A DNA stretch of 63,080 nt, filler included. It is 4 parts of 4 records of this genome, joined end to end, with 100 filler letters (N's around TTAATTAATTAA, not from the genome) between each part and the next. Parts side by side here need not be neighbours in the genome. Positions count along the whole stretch, not along the records: positions 12,844 to 37,569 come from SRR31156797_1517; positions 37,670 to 56,412 come from SRR31156797_1520; 2 more parts are not named here. The stretch is one strand, 5' to 3'. Below are positions 30,695 through 39,061 of this stretch, piece by piece. The notes beneath the pieces are model-generated. The model had not been told where the DNA came from and searched no databases. It worked only from the letters and a program-made list of their open reading frames with translations. Position numbers and translations under genes: made by a program. The first letter of the stretch is position 1. Every line of letters starts with the position of its first letter.

Positions 30695-31276
30695 ATGGCA
30701 TTTACCTTACAAATTGGCGATATAGCTCCGGAATTTAATTTGATTGCAACAGATGGTATTAAATACAAACTATCCGATTTTAAATCTTCGAAACTTTTGG
30801 TTGTATTTTTCACATGCAATCATTGCCCGTATGTTATAGGTTCGGATGAAGATACAAGGGCAATAGCTGAAAAATATATACCTCATGGTGTTGAATTTAT
30901 TGGCATTAATTCGAATTCCCCTAATACATATGAGGAAGACGATTACGACCATATGGTAACCCGAATGGAGGAAAATGAATTTCCGTGGGTTTATTTATAT
31001 GACGAATCACAGGAGGTTGCCGTTAATTATGGTGCATTAAGAACACCTCATTATTACCTTTTTGATAGTGATAGGAAATTGATATATACTGGAAGAGCTG
31101 TTGATAATCCAAAAGATACATCAAAAGTTCAGGTTCGGGATTTAGAAAGAGCAATTGATGAAAATTTGGCAGGAAAAAAAATCTCCGAACCGGTTACCAA
31201 TCCCATTGGATGTAATGTGAAATGGGATGGGAAAGACAAACACTGGATGCCAGCAGACGCCTGCGATTTGTTGTAA
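30695..31276 (+). CDS. Thioredoxin-fold AhpC/TSA family protein
   Basis: [32 protein letters not shown]. Confidence 0.88.
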   Translation: MAFTLQIGDIAPEFNLIATDGIKYKLSDFKSSKLLVVFFTCNHCPYVIGSDEDTRAIAEKYIPHGVEFIGINSNSPNTYEEDDYDHMVTRMEENEFPWVYLYDESQEVAVNYGALRTPHYYLFDSDRKLIYTGRAVDNPKDTSKVQVRDLERAIDENLAGKKISEPVTNPIGCNVKWDGKDKHWMPADACDLL

Positions 31277-31296
31277 AGAATTTACATAAATTATTG

Positions 31297-31324
31297 AAGC
31301 AGTACTTTTAGTACTGCTTTTTTT
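31297..31324 (+). terminator. Intrinsic terminator
   Basis: AAGCAGTAC-ttta loop-GTACTGCTT followed by T run. Confidence 0.75.
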
Positions 31325-31334
31325 ATGAGCAAGC

Positions 31335-31362
31335 GCAACCAAATCAATTGTTTAGCATCTAA
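31335..31362 (+). promoter_or_regulatory. Candidate ECF-sigma promoter (GCAAC-N16-CATC)
   Basis: GCAACC at 31335 and CATCTAA at 31356, with 16 nt between AAC and CATC; lies just after a terminator and about 30 nt before the lipoprotein ATG. Confidence 0.4.
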
Positions 31363-31392
31363 TAGATAATTTAACCAACCAAATTAATAATC

Positions 31393-31893
31393 ATGAAAAC
31401 CAAATTTCTATTGATTTACCTCATATTTCTTTCTGTTTTGATTCCCTCATGCGATAATGAAGATGATAGTATGATTGTTGAGTTTAATGAGGATGAATTT
31501 TTAAGCAATAGAGAGAAGTGGAACAATTTAGAACTTCAGAATTATTCTTATGAGTATTCTAATTCAGGTTATTCTTATACGGGCATATCATCACATGTAA
31601 AAGTGATTGTTTCAAATGGAAATGAAATTAGTGTGAGTGAATTAAAAGAGAATGGAATTCAAGATCCAGATAAATATATAATTAATGATTTATTTGAAGA
31701 AATAGAAGCTAAATATCAAACTGATGGTATGCTTGATGAATCCAATGAGGTATATCTTGAAGAAATTGAAATACAGTATGATGGACAATTTTATTATCCT
31801 ATTGAAATACATTACATATATCATATTCCCGATGGAATGGTTGGAGTTTGGAATATGCACCAATACATTAGCAATTTTGCCTTTGAAGATTAA
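31393..31893 (+). CDS. Acidic lipoprotein, hypothetical (DUF6174-like)
   Basis: Lipobox LIPSC followed by acidic residues; EKWNNLELQNYSYEY...YYPIEI pattern shared with the next gene. Confidence 0.65.
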   Translation: MKTKFLLIYLIFLSVLIPSCDNEDDSMIVEFNEDEFLSNREKWNNLELQNYSYEYSNSGYSYTGISSHVKVIVSNGNEISVSELKENGIQDPDKYIINDLFEEIEAKYQTDGMLDESNEVYLEEIEIQYDGQFYYPIEIHYIYHIPDGMVGVWNMHQYISNFAFED

Positions 31894-31974
31894 AAAGAAA
31901 ATTTAAGTAGCTCATGTTTAAATGGAATTCGATTATTCTGCATATAAGTAATTTAACCAACTAAATTGATAATC

Positions 31975-32487
31975 ATGAAAACCAAATTTCTATTATTTTG
32001 TACGTTATTTCTTTCTGTTTTGATCATGTCATGCGATGATAATGATGATGAAAAATTCGAAGCGCTTTTAGATGCTGGAATCCCGGAAAAGGTTGTGTTT
32101 GATGAAAAGACACATCTAGAAAATTTAGAAAAGTGGAATGATCTAAACCTGCAGAATTATTCTTATGAATTTGGATATTCTCCAGAAATGGATTTTAAAA
32201 TAGAAGTAAGAAGTGGTGAGGTAGATGATGTAGAAATATTGGGTTCACCTACTCCAAATTATCTAACAATTAATCAAATTTTTCAGGAGATTAAAGATGC
32301 TTATCCTGAAAATGGAGAGATTAAATTGGTTGAAGGAGACATTTCCTACCTTAAGGAGATCAAAGTAGTCTACAATAGTGAATATTTATACCCGGAAGAG
32401 GTGAAGTTTATTTATGGTGTTACAGAACCTGTTGAGATTGATGGTTTCTTTCATAGATTTATAAGTAATTTCCAACTCGAAGAATAA
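31975..32487 (+). CDS. Acidic lipoprotein, paralog of the previous gene (DUF6174-like)
   Basis: Lipobox LIMSC; EKWNDLNLQNYSYEF...YLYPEEV; ISNF C-terminus shared. Confidence 0.65.
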   Translation: MKTKFLLFCTLFLSVLIMSCDDNDDEKFEALLDAGIPEKVVFDEKTHLENLEKWNDLNLQNYSYEFGYSPEMDFKIEVRSGEVDDVEILGSPTPNYLTINQIFQEIKDAYPENGEIKLVEGDISYLKEIKVVYNSEYLYPEEVKFIYGVTEPVEIDGFFHRFISNFQLEE

Positions 32488-32510
32488 TTAATAAACTGAA
32501 AAATATAGAT

Positions 32511-32536
32511 GGCTCCATGAAAATGGAGCCTTTTTT
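32511..32536 (+). terminator. Intrinsic terminator
   Basis: GGCTCCAT-gaaa-ATGGAGCC-TTTTTT. Confidence 0.8.
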
Positions 32537-32666
32537 ATTGTGCTTAATATTCTAAATATTAAAAATGAACTTAAAAGAACATTCTACTGCATTATTATGA
32601 GTTGGTTTAAATTCAGGTTAAAAAATATTATATTCAAACCTTAAATTAACCTTTTTAATTATTGAT

Positions 32667-33158
32667 ATGAAGAAACTTACTTTAACTCTATTGCTAATTG
32701 GGGTTGCAATAGTTAGCTCTTTGGCGCAAAAAAAAATGCCGGAAACTGCAGTTAAAACGCTGGCGGGAGAGAGTGTTAATGCAAATCAATTTACTAACGA
32801 TGGAAAACCAATTGTAATAAGTTTTTGGGCAACATGGTGTAAACCCTGTCTAAGCGAATTGTCGGCATTTAACGATGAATATGATGATTGGTTTGAAGAA
32901 ACCGGACTAAAAATTATTGCAGTATCAATTGATGATGCTCGTACAAGTTCACGTGTAAAAAGTTTGGTATTGGGAAAAGATTGGCCGTTTGAGGTTTATT
33001 TGGATTCCAATCAGGATTTAAAAAGGGCTTTAAACATTGTGAATGTTCCCCATACCTTGATTTTAAATGGAGACGGAGAAATTGTATGGGAGCATACTAC
33101 CTATAATCCTGGAAGTGAAGAGGAAATAATTGAACAAGTTCGTCAATTGATAAAGTAA
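32667..33158 (+). CDS. TlpA-family disulfide reductase (exported)
   Basis: Signal peptide, SFWATWCKPC, cis-Pro loop NVPHT. Confidence 0.9.
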   Translation: MKKLTLTLLLIGVAIVSSLAQKKMPETAVKTLAGESVNANQFTNDGKPIVISFWATWCKPCLSELSAFNDEYDDWFEETGLKIIAVSIDDARTSSRVKSLVLGKDWPFEVYLDSNQDLKRALNIVNVPHTLILNGDGEIVWEHTTYNPGSEEEIIEQVRQLIK

Positions 33159-33188
33159 ATCGTTAAAATAAATTTAATACCTAACCAA

Positions 33189-34787
33189 ATGAATAGAATA
33201 TACATCTGCCTTTTAGTTATTCTAACAATCACAAGTGGTTCTCTTTTTTCTCAGGAGAAAGGAACCTTATCAGGAAGTTTCGAAAGTAATAATCAAATAT
33301 ATAGAGATGATAGCAAAATTGGAGCTAGAGCACCTAAAGACAATTTTGGATCGAACAATTACTTAAAGTTGAATTATAATTATGGAAAGTTTCAAGCTGG
33401 TGTCCAGTATGAAGCCTATTTACCTCCATTATTAGGATATGATTTTAATTTGGATGATGAAGGAATAGTACACAAATATGTTTCCTATCAGGATAAAGAT
33501 TTAGCGATTACAGTTGGTAATTTTTATGAGCAATTTGGAAGTGGACTGCTTTTTAGAGCATGGGAAGATCGACAATTGGGTTTAAACAATTCTCTTGAAG
33601 GTGTCAATATTAGGTTTAGACCAACTAATTATATTAGCTTAAAAGCTGTATACGGTAAACAACGCAAATATTTCGATACCGGAGAGGGAAAAATTAGAGG
33701 AATTGATGGTGAATTAAACGTACTTGAAGGATTGGAAGTTGAAGGGAATTCGATCTTGATTGTAGGTGGTGGATATATAAATCGATATCAGGATTATACT
33801 GGTCCTGTAGAAGATTTCCCATCAAGTGTAAATGCCTGGTCTGCAAGAGTTGACTTTTCTTCAGGGAAAAGTGCAGTGCAGGTTGAGTACGTGAATAAAG
33901 GAGAAGATGGAAATTCGGCAACTCCTCAAATAATATCAAAAGGAGAAGCTTTGCTGGCTAATTATAGTTACACTCAGAAGGGGTTAGGTTTAAATTTCTC
34001 TTTTAGAAGATTGGAAAATATGACCTTTAGATTGGAAAGAGAAGCTGTTAATAACGAGTTGTTTGTGAATTATTTGCCAGCCAATACAAAGCAGCATAAA
34101 TACAGCCTTGCCAATTTGTATCCATATTCAACTCAAGCAATGGGCGAAATAGGTGGTCAGGTAGATTTTGTATATACCCTAAAGAAAAAAACAGCTTTGG
34201 GTGGAAAATATGGAACGAGAATTTCTTTAAATTATTCGCACTACAATAAGTTGGAAGGAACACAGGTTGATGGTGTGTTTTATAAGGATTCGGAATTTTT
34301 AGGTTTTGATGGCACTAAATTGTATCGTGATTTTAATGTTGAAATTCAAAAGAAGTGGTCAAAGCGTTTCAAATCTCACTTCACATTCATGAACCTTGAA
34401 TACAATAAAAGTGTAATTGAAGGAGGCGATAAAGGTTTGGTGAAAGCCAAAATCTTTATTACTGATATGCAGTACAAACTTAAAAAAGGGAAAGCAATAC
34501 GAGCTGAACTACAATATTTAAGTACAAAACAAGATATGCAAGATTGGATGGCAGGGACAGTTGAATATAACATTGGTAGTCGCTGGTCTTTCTTTGTTTC
34601 AGATATGTACAATTCTGGTAAAACAGATGTCCATTATATCAACTTAGGAGGTAGCTATGTGAAAAAATCTACTCGATTTTCTTTGAGTTATGGAAGACAA
34701 AAAGAAGGTTTACTTTGTGTAGGAGGTGTTTGTAGAATGGTACCTGCAGCAAGTGGTTTTAGCCTTAGTTTGAGTAAAAGTTTTTAA
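33189..34787 (+). CDS. DUF6029-like outer-membrane beta-barrel protein
   Basis: Signal peptide, GNFYEQFGSGL, C-terminal CVGGVCR...SLSKSF; follows TlpA. Confidence 0.7.
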   Translation: MNRIYICLLVILTITSGSLFSQEKGTLSGSFESNNQIYRDDSKIGARAPKDNFGSNNYLKLNYNYGKFQAGVQYEAYLPPLLGYDFNLDDEGIVHKYVSYQDKDLAITVGNFYEQFGSGLLFRAWEDRQLGLNNSLEGVNIRFRPTNYISLKAVYGKQRKYFDTGEGKIRGIDGELNVLEGLEVEGNSILIVGGGYINRYQDYTGPVEDFPSSVNAWSARVDFSSGKSAVQVEYVNKGEDGNSATPQIISKGEALLANYSYTQKGLGLNFSFRRLENMTFRLEREAVNNELFVNYLPANTKQHKYSLANLYPYSTQAMGEIGGQVDFVYTLKKKTALGGKYGTRISLNYSHYNKLEGTQVDGVFYKDSEFLGFDGTKLYRDFNVEIQKKWSKRFKSHFTFMNLEYNKSVIEGGDKGLVKAKIFITDMQYKLKKGKAIRAELQYLSTKQDMQDWMAGTVEYNIGSRWSFFVSDMYNSGKTDVHYINLGGSYVKKSTRFSLSYGRQKEGLLCVGGVCRMVPAASGFSLSLSKSF

Positions 34788-34802
34788 GAATTGAATCATA
34801 AG

Positions 34803-34839
34803 AAAAAAGAGCTGCTTGATCATTCAAACAGCTCTTTTT
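34803..34839. terminator. Bidirectional terminator between convergent genes
   Basis: AAAAAAGAGCTG...CAGCTCTTTTT. Confidence 0.75.
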
Positions 34840-34860
34840 GTATATCTATACCTAGAAACT

Positions 34861-35724
34861 CTAGTCAAAAGCTTGATCAGAACCTATTTTAACGATTTGA
34901 GCATTTAATACATTCTTACCACCTTTTTCAACTACAAAAGCGACGATGTAACAATTCTCTTTCTTGTAATTTTCCAAACCGATTTCAAAATCAGCTTCAC
35001 AAATTTTTCCTGCTTTGGTATAATCTTCAGGAATAACATCTCCATAAACATCAGTTGCCGATTTTCTAAGGACATTAGCATGCTCAAAATCAACAATAGG
35101 ATTTCCTTTTTGATAATATGGAGAATTGCTTTCGTCATTATAGTAATTGGCTTGATTAGCGATTACTTTATCTTCAACAAGATAAATTGCGTAATCTACA
35201 CTTTTAGAAATGTCAGCACTAAAACCAATTTGAATTTTACCTTTTACCATTTCATTTTCAATGCTTGTTAGTAAGGCTATACCCAAATCCATATCTTTAG
35301 TAAGATTACTTTGAAGGTCATTGTATTTTTCAGTCCATGTTTTTAATCGATTTACTTTTGCGGTAGGAAATCCTGTGATATTAAATTTTTCAAGCATGTT
35401 TTTTACATGAGTATAACCCATATCACTATCATCGTGAATTCCAATTCCAATAACATTACGATTTTTATAAACTGCATCTTCCATTGCGTGTGCAACTCTT
35501 GGACAGTAACCACACCAAGTCCCGGTGTAATCTTCTAGAAGTATTTTTGTGGTGAAAGCCGTAGGAGCTACCTCGGTGCTTAAAGCTACATTTGCATTCT
35601 TTCTTGCTTCAGTTGGAGTAGGATCCGGAGTAATCGTATCATCATCGCTACTGCTACTACAAGAACTCGTAAAAAGTCCTAAAATTAGAATGGCTGGCAG
35701 AAACCATTGTTTAAATTTTTTCAT
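34861..35724 (-). CDS. Omp28-related thioredoxin-fold lipoprotein
   Basis: Lipobox TSSC; LLEDYTGTWCGYCP, GFPT, HANVLR. Confidence 0.82.
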   Translation of the reverse strand: MKKFKQWFLPAILILGLFTSSCSSSSDDDTITPDPTPTEARKNANVALSTEVAPTAFTTKILLEDYTGTWCGYCPRVAHAMEDAVYKNRNVIGIGIHDDSDMGYTHVKNMLEKFNITGFPTAKVNRLKTWTEKYNDLQSNLTKDMDLGIALLTSIENEMVKGKIQIGFSADISKSVDYAIYLVEDKVIANQANYYNDESNSPYYQKGNPIVDFEHANVLRKSATDVYGDVIPEDYTKAGKICEADFEIGLENYKKENCYIVAFVVEKGGKNVLNAQIVKIGSDQAFD

Positions 35725-35856
35725 GTGATTGATTAGTGTTAATTAATAATAAATTAATTCTCTTTGTCTTAAAAATAAGAACAAAACTTTAGAAGACAAA
35801 TTATTGGGGTTTTTCGTGGATAAAATCAGCGGAACTTACTATTTGGTTAATCTGCA

Positions 35857-35888
35857 TAAAAAAACGGCTCCAATATCTGGAGCCGTTT
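35857..35888 (-). terminator. Intrinsic terminator after the aminotransferase gene
   Basis: A run + AAACGGCTCCA-atatc-TGGAGCCGTTT. Confidence 0.75.
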
Positions 35889-35911
35889 AATGATATAATA
35901 TCTTGTATTAA

Positions 35912-37111
35912 TTACAATGTTCTTCCAGGATAAACTTTTAAAGCTGCATCTAGAGTTTCCATAGCATTAGCCAAATCTTCTTTCTTTAATACGTAGGCTA
36001 TACGAACTTCGTTTTTACCTAAACCTGGTGTTGCATAAAATCCTGTAGCAGGAGCAACCATTACAGTTTGGTTGTTGTGTTCAAATTCTTCCAAAATCCA
36101 CTGTGCAAATTTATCTGCATCGTCAATTGGAAGTTTTACAACAGTGTAAAAAGCACCCTTTGGAAGAGGACAATAAACACCTTCCATTTTATTTAAAGCT
36201 TCTACCATAAAATCACGACGAGCGATATATTCATCGTAAACTTCATCGAAATATTCTTTTGGAGTATCTAATGATGCTTCAGCAGCAATTTGTCCAAAAG
36301 CAGGAGGACACAAACGCGCTTGAGCAAACTTCATTGCAGTATCAATTACCTCTTTGTTTTTGGTAATCATAGCACCAATACGCACACCACATTCAGAGTA
36401 ACGTTTCGACACAGAATCCATCATTACAACATTTTGCTCAATACCTTCCAGATTCATAGCTGAAAAATGCTCTTCTCCACCATAACAGAATTCACGATAA
36501 ACTTCATCAGAAAATAAGAACAAGTCATGTTTGATAACCAATTCGCGTAACTGATTCAATTCTTCTTTAGAATACAAGTAACCTGTTGGGTTGTTAGGAT
36601 TACAAATAACAATAGCCTTTGTCTTAGGAGTCATCAATTTTTCAAACTCTTCAATTGCAGGTAAGGCAAAATCGTTCTCGATATTTGATGTAATTGGCAC
36701 AACTTTAACACCAGCAGCAATAGCAAAACCATTGTAGTTAGCATAGAATGGTTCAGGAATTAAAACTTCATCACCAGGATTTAAACAAGTCATCAAAGCA
36801 AAAGTGATAGCCTCAGAACCACCAGTGGTAATCAACATCTCATTCTCATTGACATCAATACCGATATTCTGGTACATTTTAGCCAATTTCTTACGATAAG
36901 AAACATTACCTGCTGAGTGAGAATATTCAATTACTTTCTCAGTACAGTTTCTGATTGCATCCATTGCAACTTCAGGAGTTTTAATATCAGGTTGACCAAT
37001 GTTCAAGTGATAAACGGTTCTACCTTTAGCTTTTGCGCCTTCTGCATAAGGAACCAATTTACGAATTGGTGACTCAGGCATCAATCTTCCTTTGTCTGAA
37101 ATTTGTGGCAT
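35912..37111 (-). CDS. PLP-dependent class I/II aminotransferase (aspartate aminotransferase-like)
   Basis: HLNIGQPD, CNPNNPTG, SDEVY, DSVSKRYSECGVRIG. Confidence 0.92.
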   Translation of the reverse strand: MPQISDKGRLMPESPIRKLVPYAEGAKAKGRTVYHLNIGQPDIKTPEVAMDAIRNCTEKVIEYSHSAGNVSYRKKLAKMYQNIGIDVNENEMLITTGGSEAITFALMTCLNPGDEVLIPEPFYANYNGFAIAAGVKVVPITSNIENDFALPAIEEFEKLMTPKTKAIVICNPNNPTGYLYSKEELNQLRELVIKHDLFLFSDEVYREFCYGGEEHFSAMNLEGIEQNVVMMDSVSKRYSECGVRIGAMITKNKEVIDTAMKFAQARLCPPAFGQIAAEASLDTPKEYFDEVYDEYIARRDFMVEALNKMEGVYCPLPKGAFYTVVKLPIDDADKFAQWILEEFEHNNQTVMVAPATGFYATPGLGKNEVRIAYVLKKEDLANAMETLDAALKVYPGRTL

Positions 37112-37145
37112 TTGTTGTGTGTTTAAGTTTTTAATTTTATAAAAA

Positions 37146-37253
37146 TTAAGTGCCTAAAATACTTGGAGTGCCTATAATACTTAGAGTTATATCGGAAGAT
37201 GAAATCATTTCAATTTATAACTTTAAGTACTTGTAAATACCTTAAGTACTTAG
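37146..37253. repeat. Degenerate 9-bp tandem repeats in two inverted blocks
   Basis: aagtgccta/aaatacttg/gagtgccta/taatactta/gagtt from 37148, and an inverted block aactttaagtacttgtaaataccttaagtacttag ending at 37253. Confidence 0.6.
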
Positions 37254-37505
37254 AAACTCGATTCTGCCAAAAGTATATAAAAAACTAGGTAAAAAAAATG
37301 ATTTTTCATGCTTTTCAACATCGCTTTAAAAATCTGACTTTTAGGAAGTCGCAGTCTTTTATTTTCAAGTATGAAACTATTCCAGTCTGATATTTATTTA
37401 TTCACTCATTTTATTGTCATTCAGTGAAGTAATATCCCACAGAATTTCTTAATTTTGAGCCAAATTTTTTTGAAAATATAGAATTAATAAAATATAGTTA
37501 AACAA

Positions 37506-37569
37506 ATGGAAATCCCAACTAAGTACAATCCTGCAGAATCGGAGGACAAGTGGTATAAGTATTGGATGG
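37506..37569 (+). CDS. valS: Valine--tRNA ligase, 5' fragment truncated by contig end
   Basis: MEIPTKYNPAESEDKWYKYWM resembles the ValRS N-terminus; only 21 codons visible. Confidence 0.65.
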
Positions 37570-37669
37570 NNNNNNNNNNNNNNNNNNNNNNNNNNNNNNN
37601 NNNNNNNNNNNNNTTAATTAATTAANNNNNNNNNNNNNNNNNNNNNNNNNNNNNNNNNNNNNNNNNNNN
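37570..37669. other. Artificial contig linker
   Basis: N44-TTAATTAATTAA-N44. Confidence 0.98.
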
Positions 37670-37747
37670 GTTACCAATATCAAAAAAACGGTAACGACGA
37701 TAACGAAATGGTTGGTGTACTTGGAAATATAGGCAGATTGTTTTCAT
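37670..37747 (-). CDS. Glycoside hydrolase family 57, 5' fragment truncated by contig end
   Basis: MKTICLYFQVHQPFRYRRYRFFDIGN contains the GH57 xHQP motif; directly downstream of the glycosyltransferase. Confidence 0.75.
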
Positions 37748-37761
37748 ATCTAATTGATTTA

Positions 37762-39060
37762 TTAGTTAAGCTCCATCTCAACAACAGAGTCATATACTTC
37801 TTTTACTTTTTTAGCTGAGTCTTCCCATTTTAAAGACTCTACTTCACTTTTACCATGATGAATAAACATTTTTGAAAGTGAAGGGTATTTTAGTACACCA
37901 TACATAGCATCTGCCATAGCATCAATGTCCCAAAAGTTTGTTTTGATAGCGTGTTTTAAAATCTCAGCAACACCCGATTGATAGGATATTAAGACCGGAA
38001 CATTACTTTGCATTGCCTCTAAGGGAGAAATACCGAAAGGTTCCGAAACAGATGGCATAACATACAGGTCGCTCATTCGTAACATGGTAAAAACATCTTC
38101 GCCCTTTAAGAAACCGGTAAAATGAAACTTGTCTGTAATTTTTAATTCAGCTGCTCGGCGAATCATTTTTTCCATCATGTCTCCACTTCCAGCCATTACA
38201 AAACGAACATTCTCCATTTTTTGTAGCACTCGATAAGCTGCTTCGATAAAATATTCAGGTCCCTTCTGCATAGTAATCCTACCTAGAAATGTTACGATTT
38301 TTTCGTTAGCATTCTTTTTAATAGGAAGTTCAGTACTCGATTCCTTAGGCTCTACAGCATTGTAAACAGTGACTACTTTATCCGGATGGACACCGTATTT
38401 TTCAATAACTATATTTCGGGTCAGATTACTAACTGTAATGACTTTATCAGCAGCATGTAAACCTCTTCTTTCAATATCGTAAACAGTTGGATTCACACTA
38501 CCTCCACTACGGTCAAAGTCTGTAGCATGTACATGAACTACTAATGGTTTTCCTGAAGCTTCTTTAGCTGCTATTCCAGCAGGATAAGCCAACCAGTCAT
38601 GCGCATGAATTACATCAAAATCATTGTCTTGAGCAATCACACCTGCAACCAACGCATAATTTGAAATCTCATGTAATAAACCTTCTCCATATTTTCCGGT
38701 AAAGTTTATTTTTCCTTCTTCATCTGTTTGAACAATTTTCTTTTCCCCTTCTACTTTAACTTTAGTCAGTTTGTAATAGTCTTCCGGATCTACATAGGGA
38801 ATAATGTGTGTATCCACTTCGATGTAATCCATTTCTTTTTGAAACTTCTTGAAGTCTATTTTTCGCTGGCGAATAGAAATATTATTTGCTCCTGTGAGTT
38901 TAATAGAGCTTTGGTCTTCGTCTCCATAAGCTTTAGGAACTACAAATTGAACATCAAGATCCTTAACATGTGATAAGCCTCTTGTTAAACCGTAACACGC
39001 TGTACCAAGTCCACCTGTAATATGAGGTGGAAACTCCCAGCCAAACATTAATACCCTCAT
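37762..39060 (-). CDS. Glycosyltransferase family 4 (glycogen synthase-like)
   Basis: MFGWEFPPHITGGLG, HAHDW, GRITMQKG, SEPFGISPLEAM. Confidence 0.9.
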   Translation of the reverse strand: MRVLMFGWEFPPHITGGLGTACYGLTRGLSHVKDLDVQFVVPKAYGDEDQSSIKLTGANNISIRQRKIDFKKFQKEMDYIEVDTHIIPYVDPEDYYKLTKVKVEGEKKIVQTDEEGKINFTGKYGEGLLHEISNYALVAGVIAQDNDFDVIHAHDWLAYPAGIAAKEASGKPLVVHVHATDFDRSGGSVNPTVYDIERRGLHAADKVITVSNLTRNIVIEKYGVHPDKVVTVYNAVEPKESSTELPIKKNANEKIVTFLGRITMQKGPEYFIEAAYRVLQKMENVRFVMAGSGDMMEKMIRRAAELKITDKFHFTGFLKGEDVFTMLRMSDLYVMPSVSEPFGISPLEAMQSNVPVLISYQSGVAEILKHAIKTNFWDIDAMADAMYGVLKYPSLSKMFIHHGKSEVESLKWEDSAKKVKEVYDSVVEMELN

Positions 39061-39061
39061 A

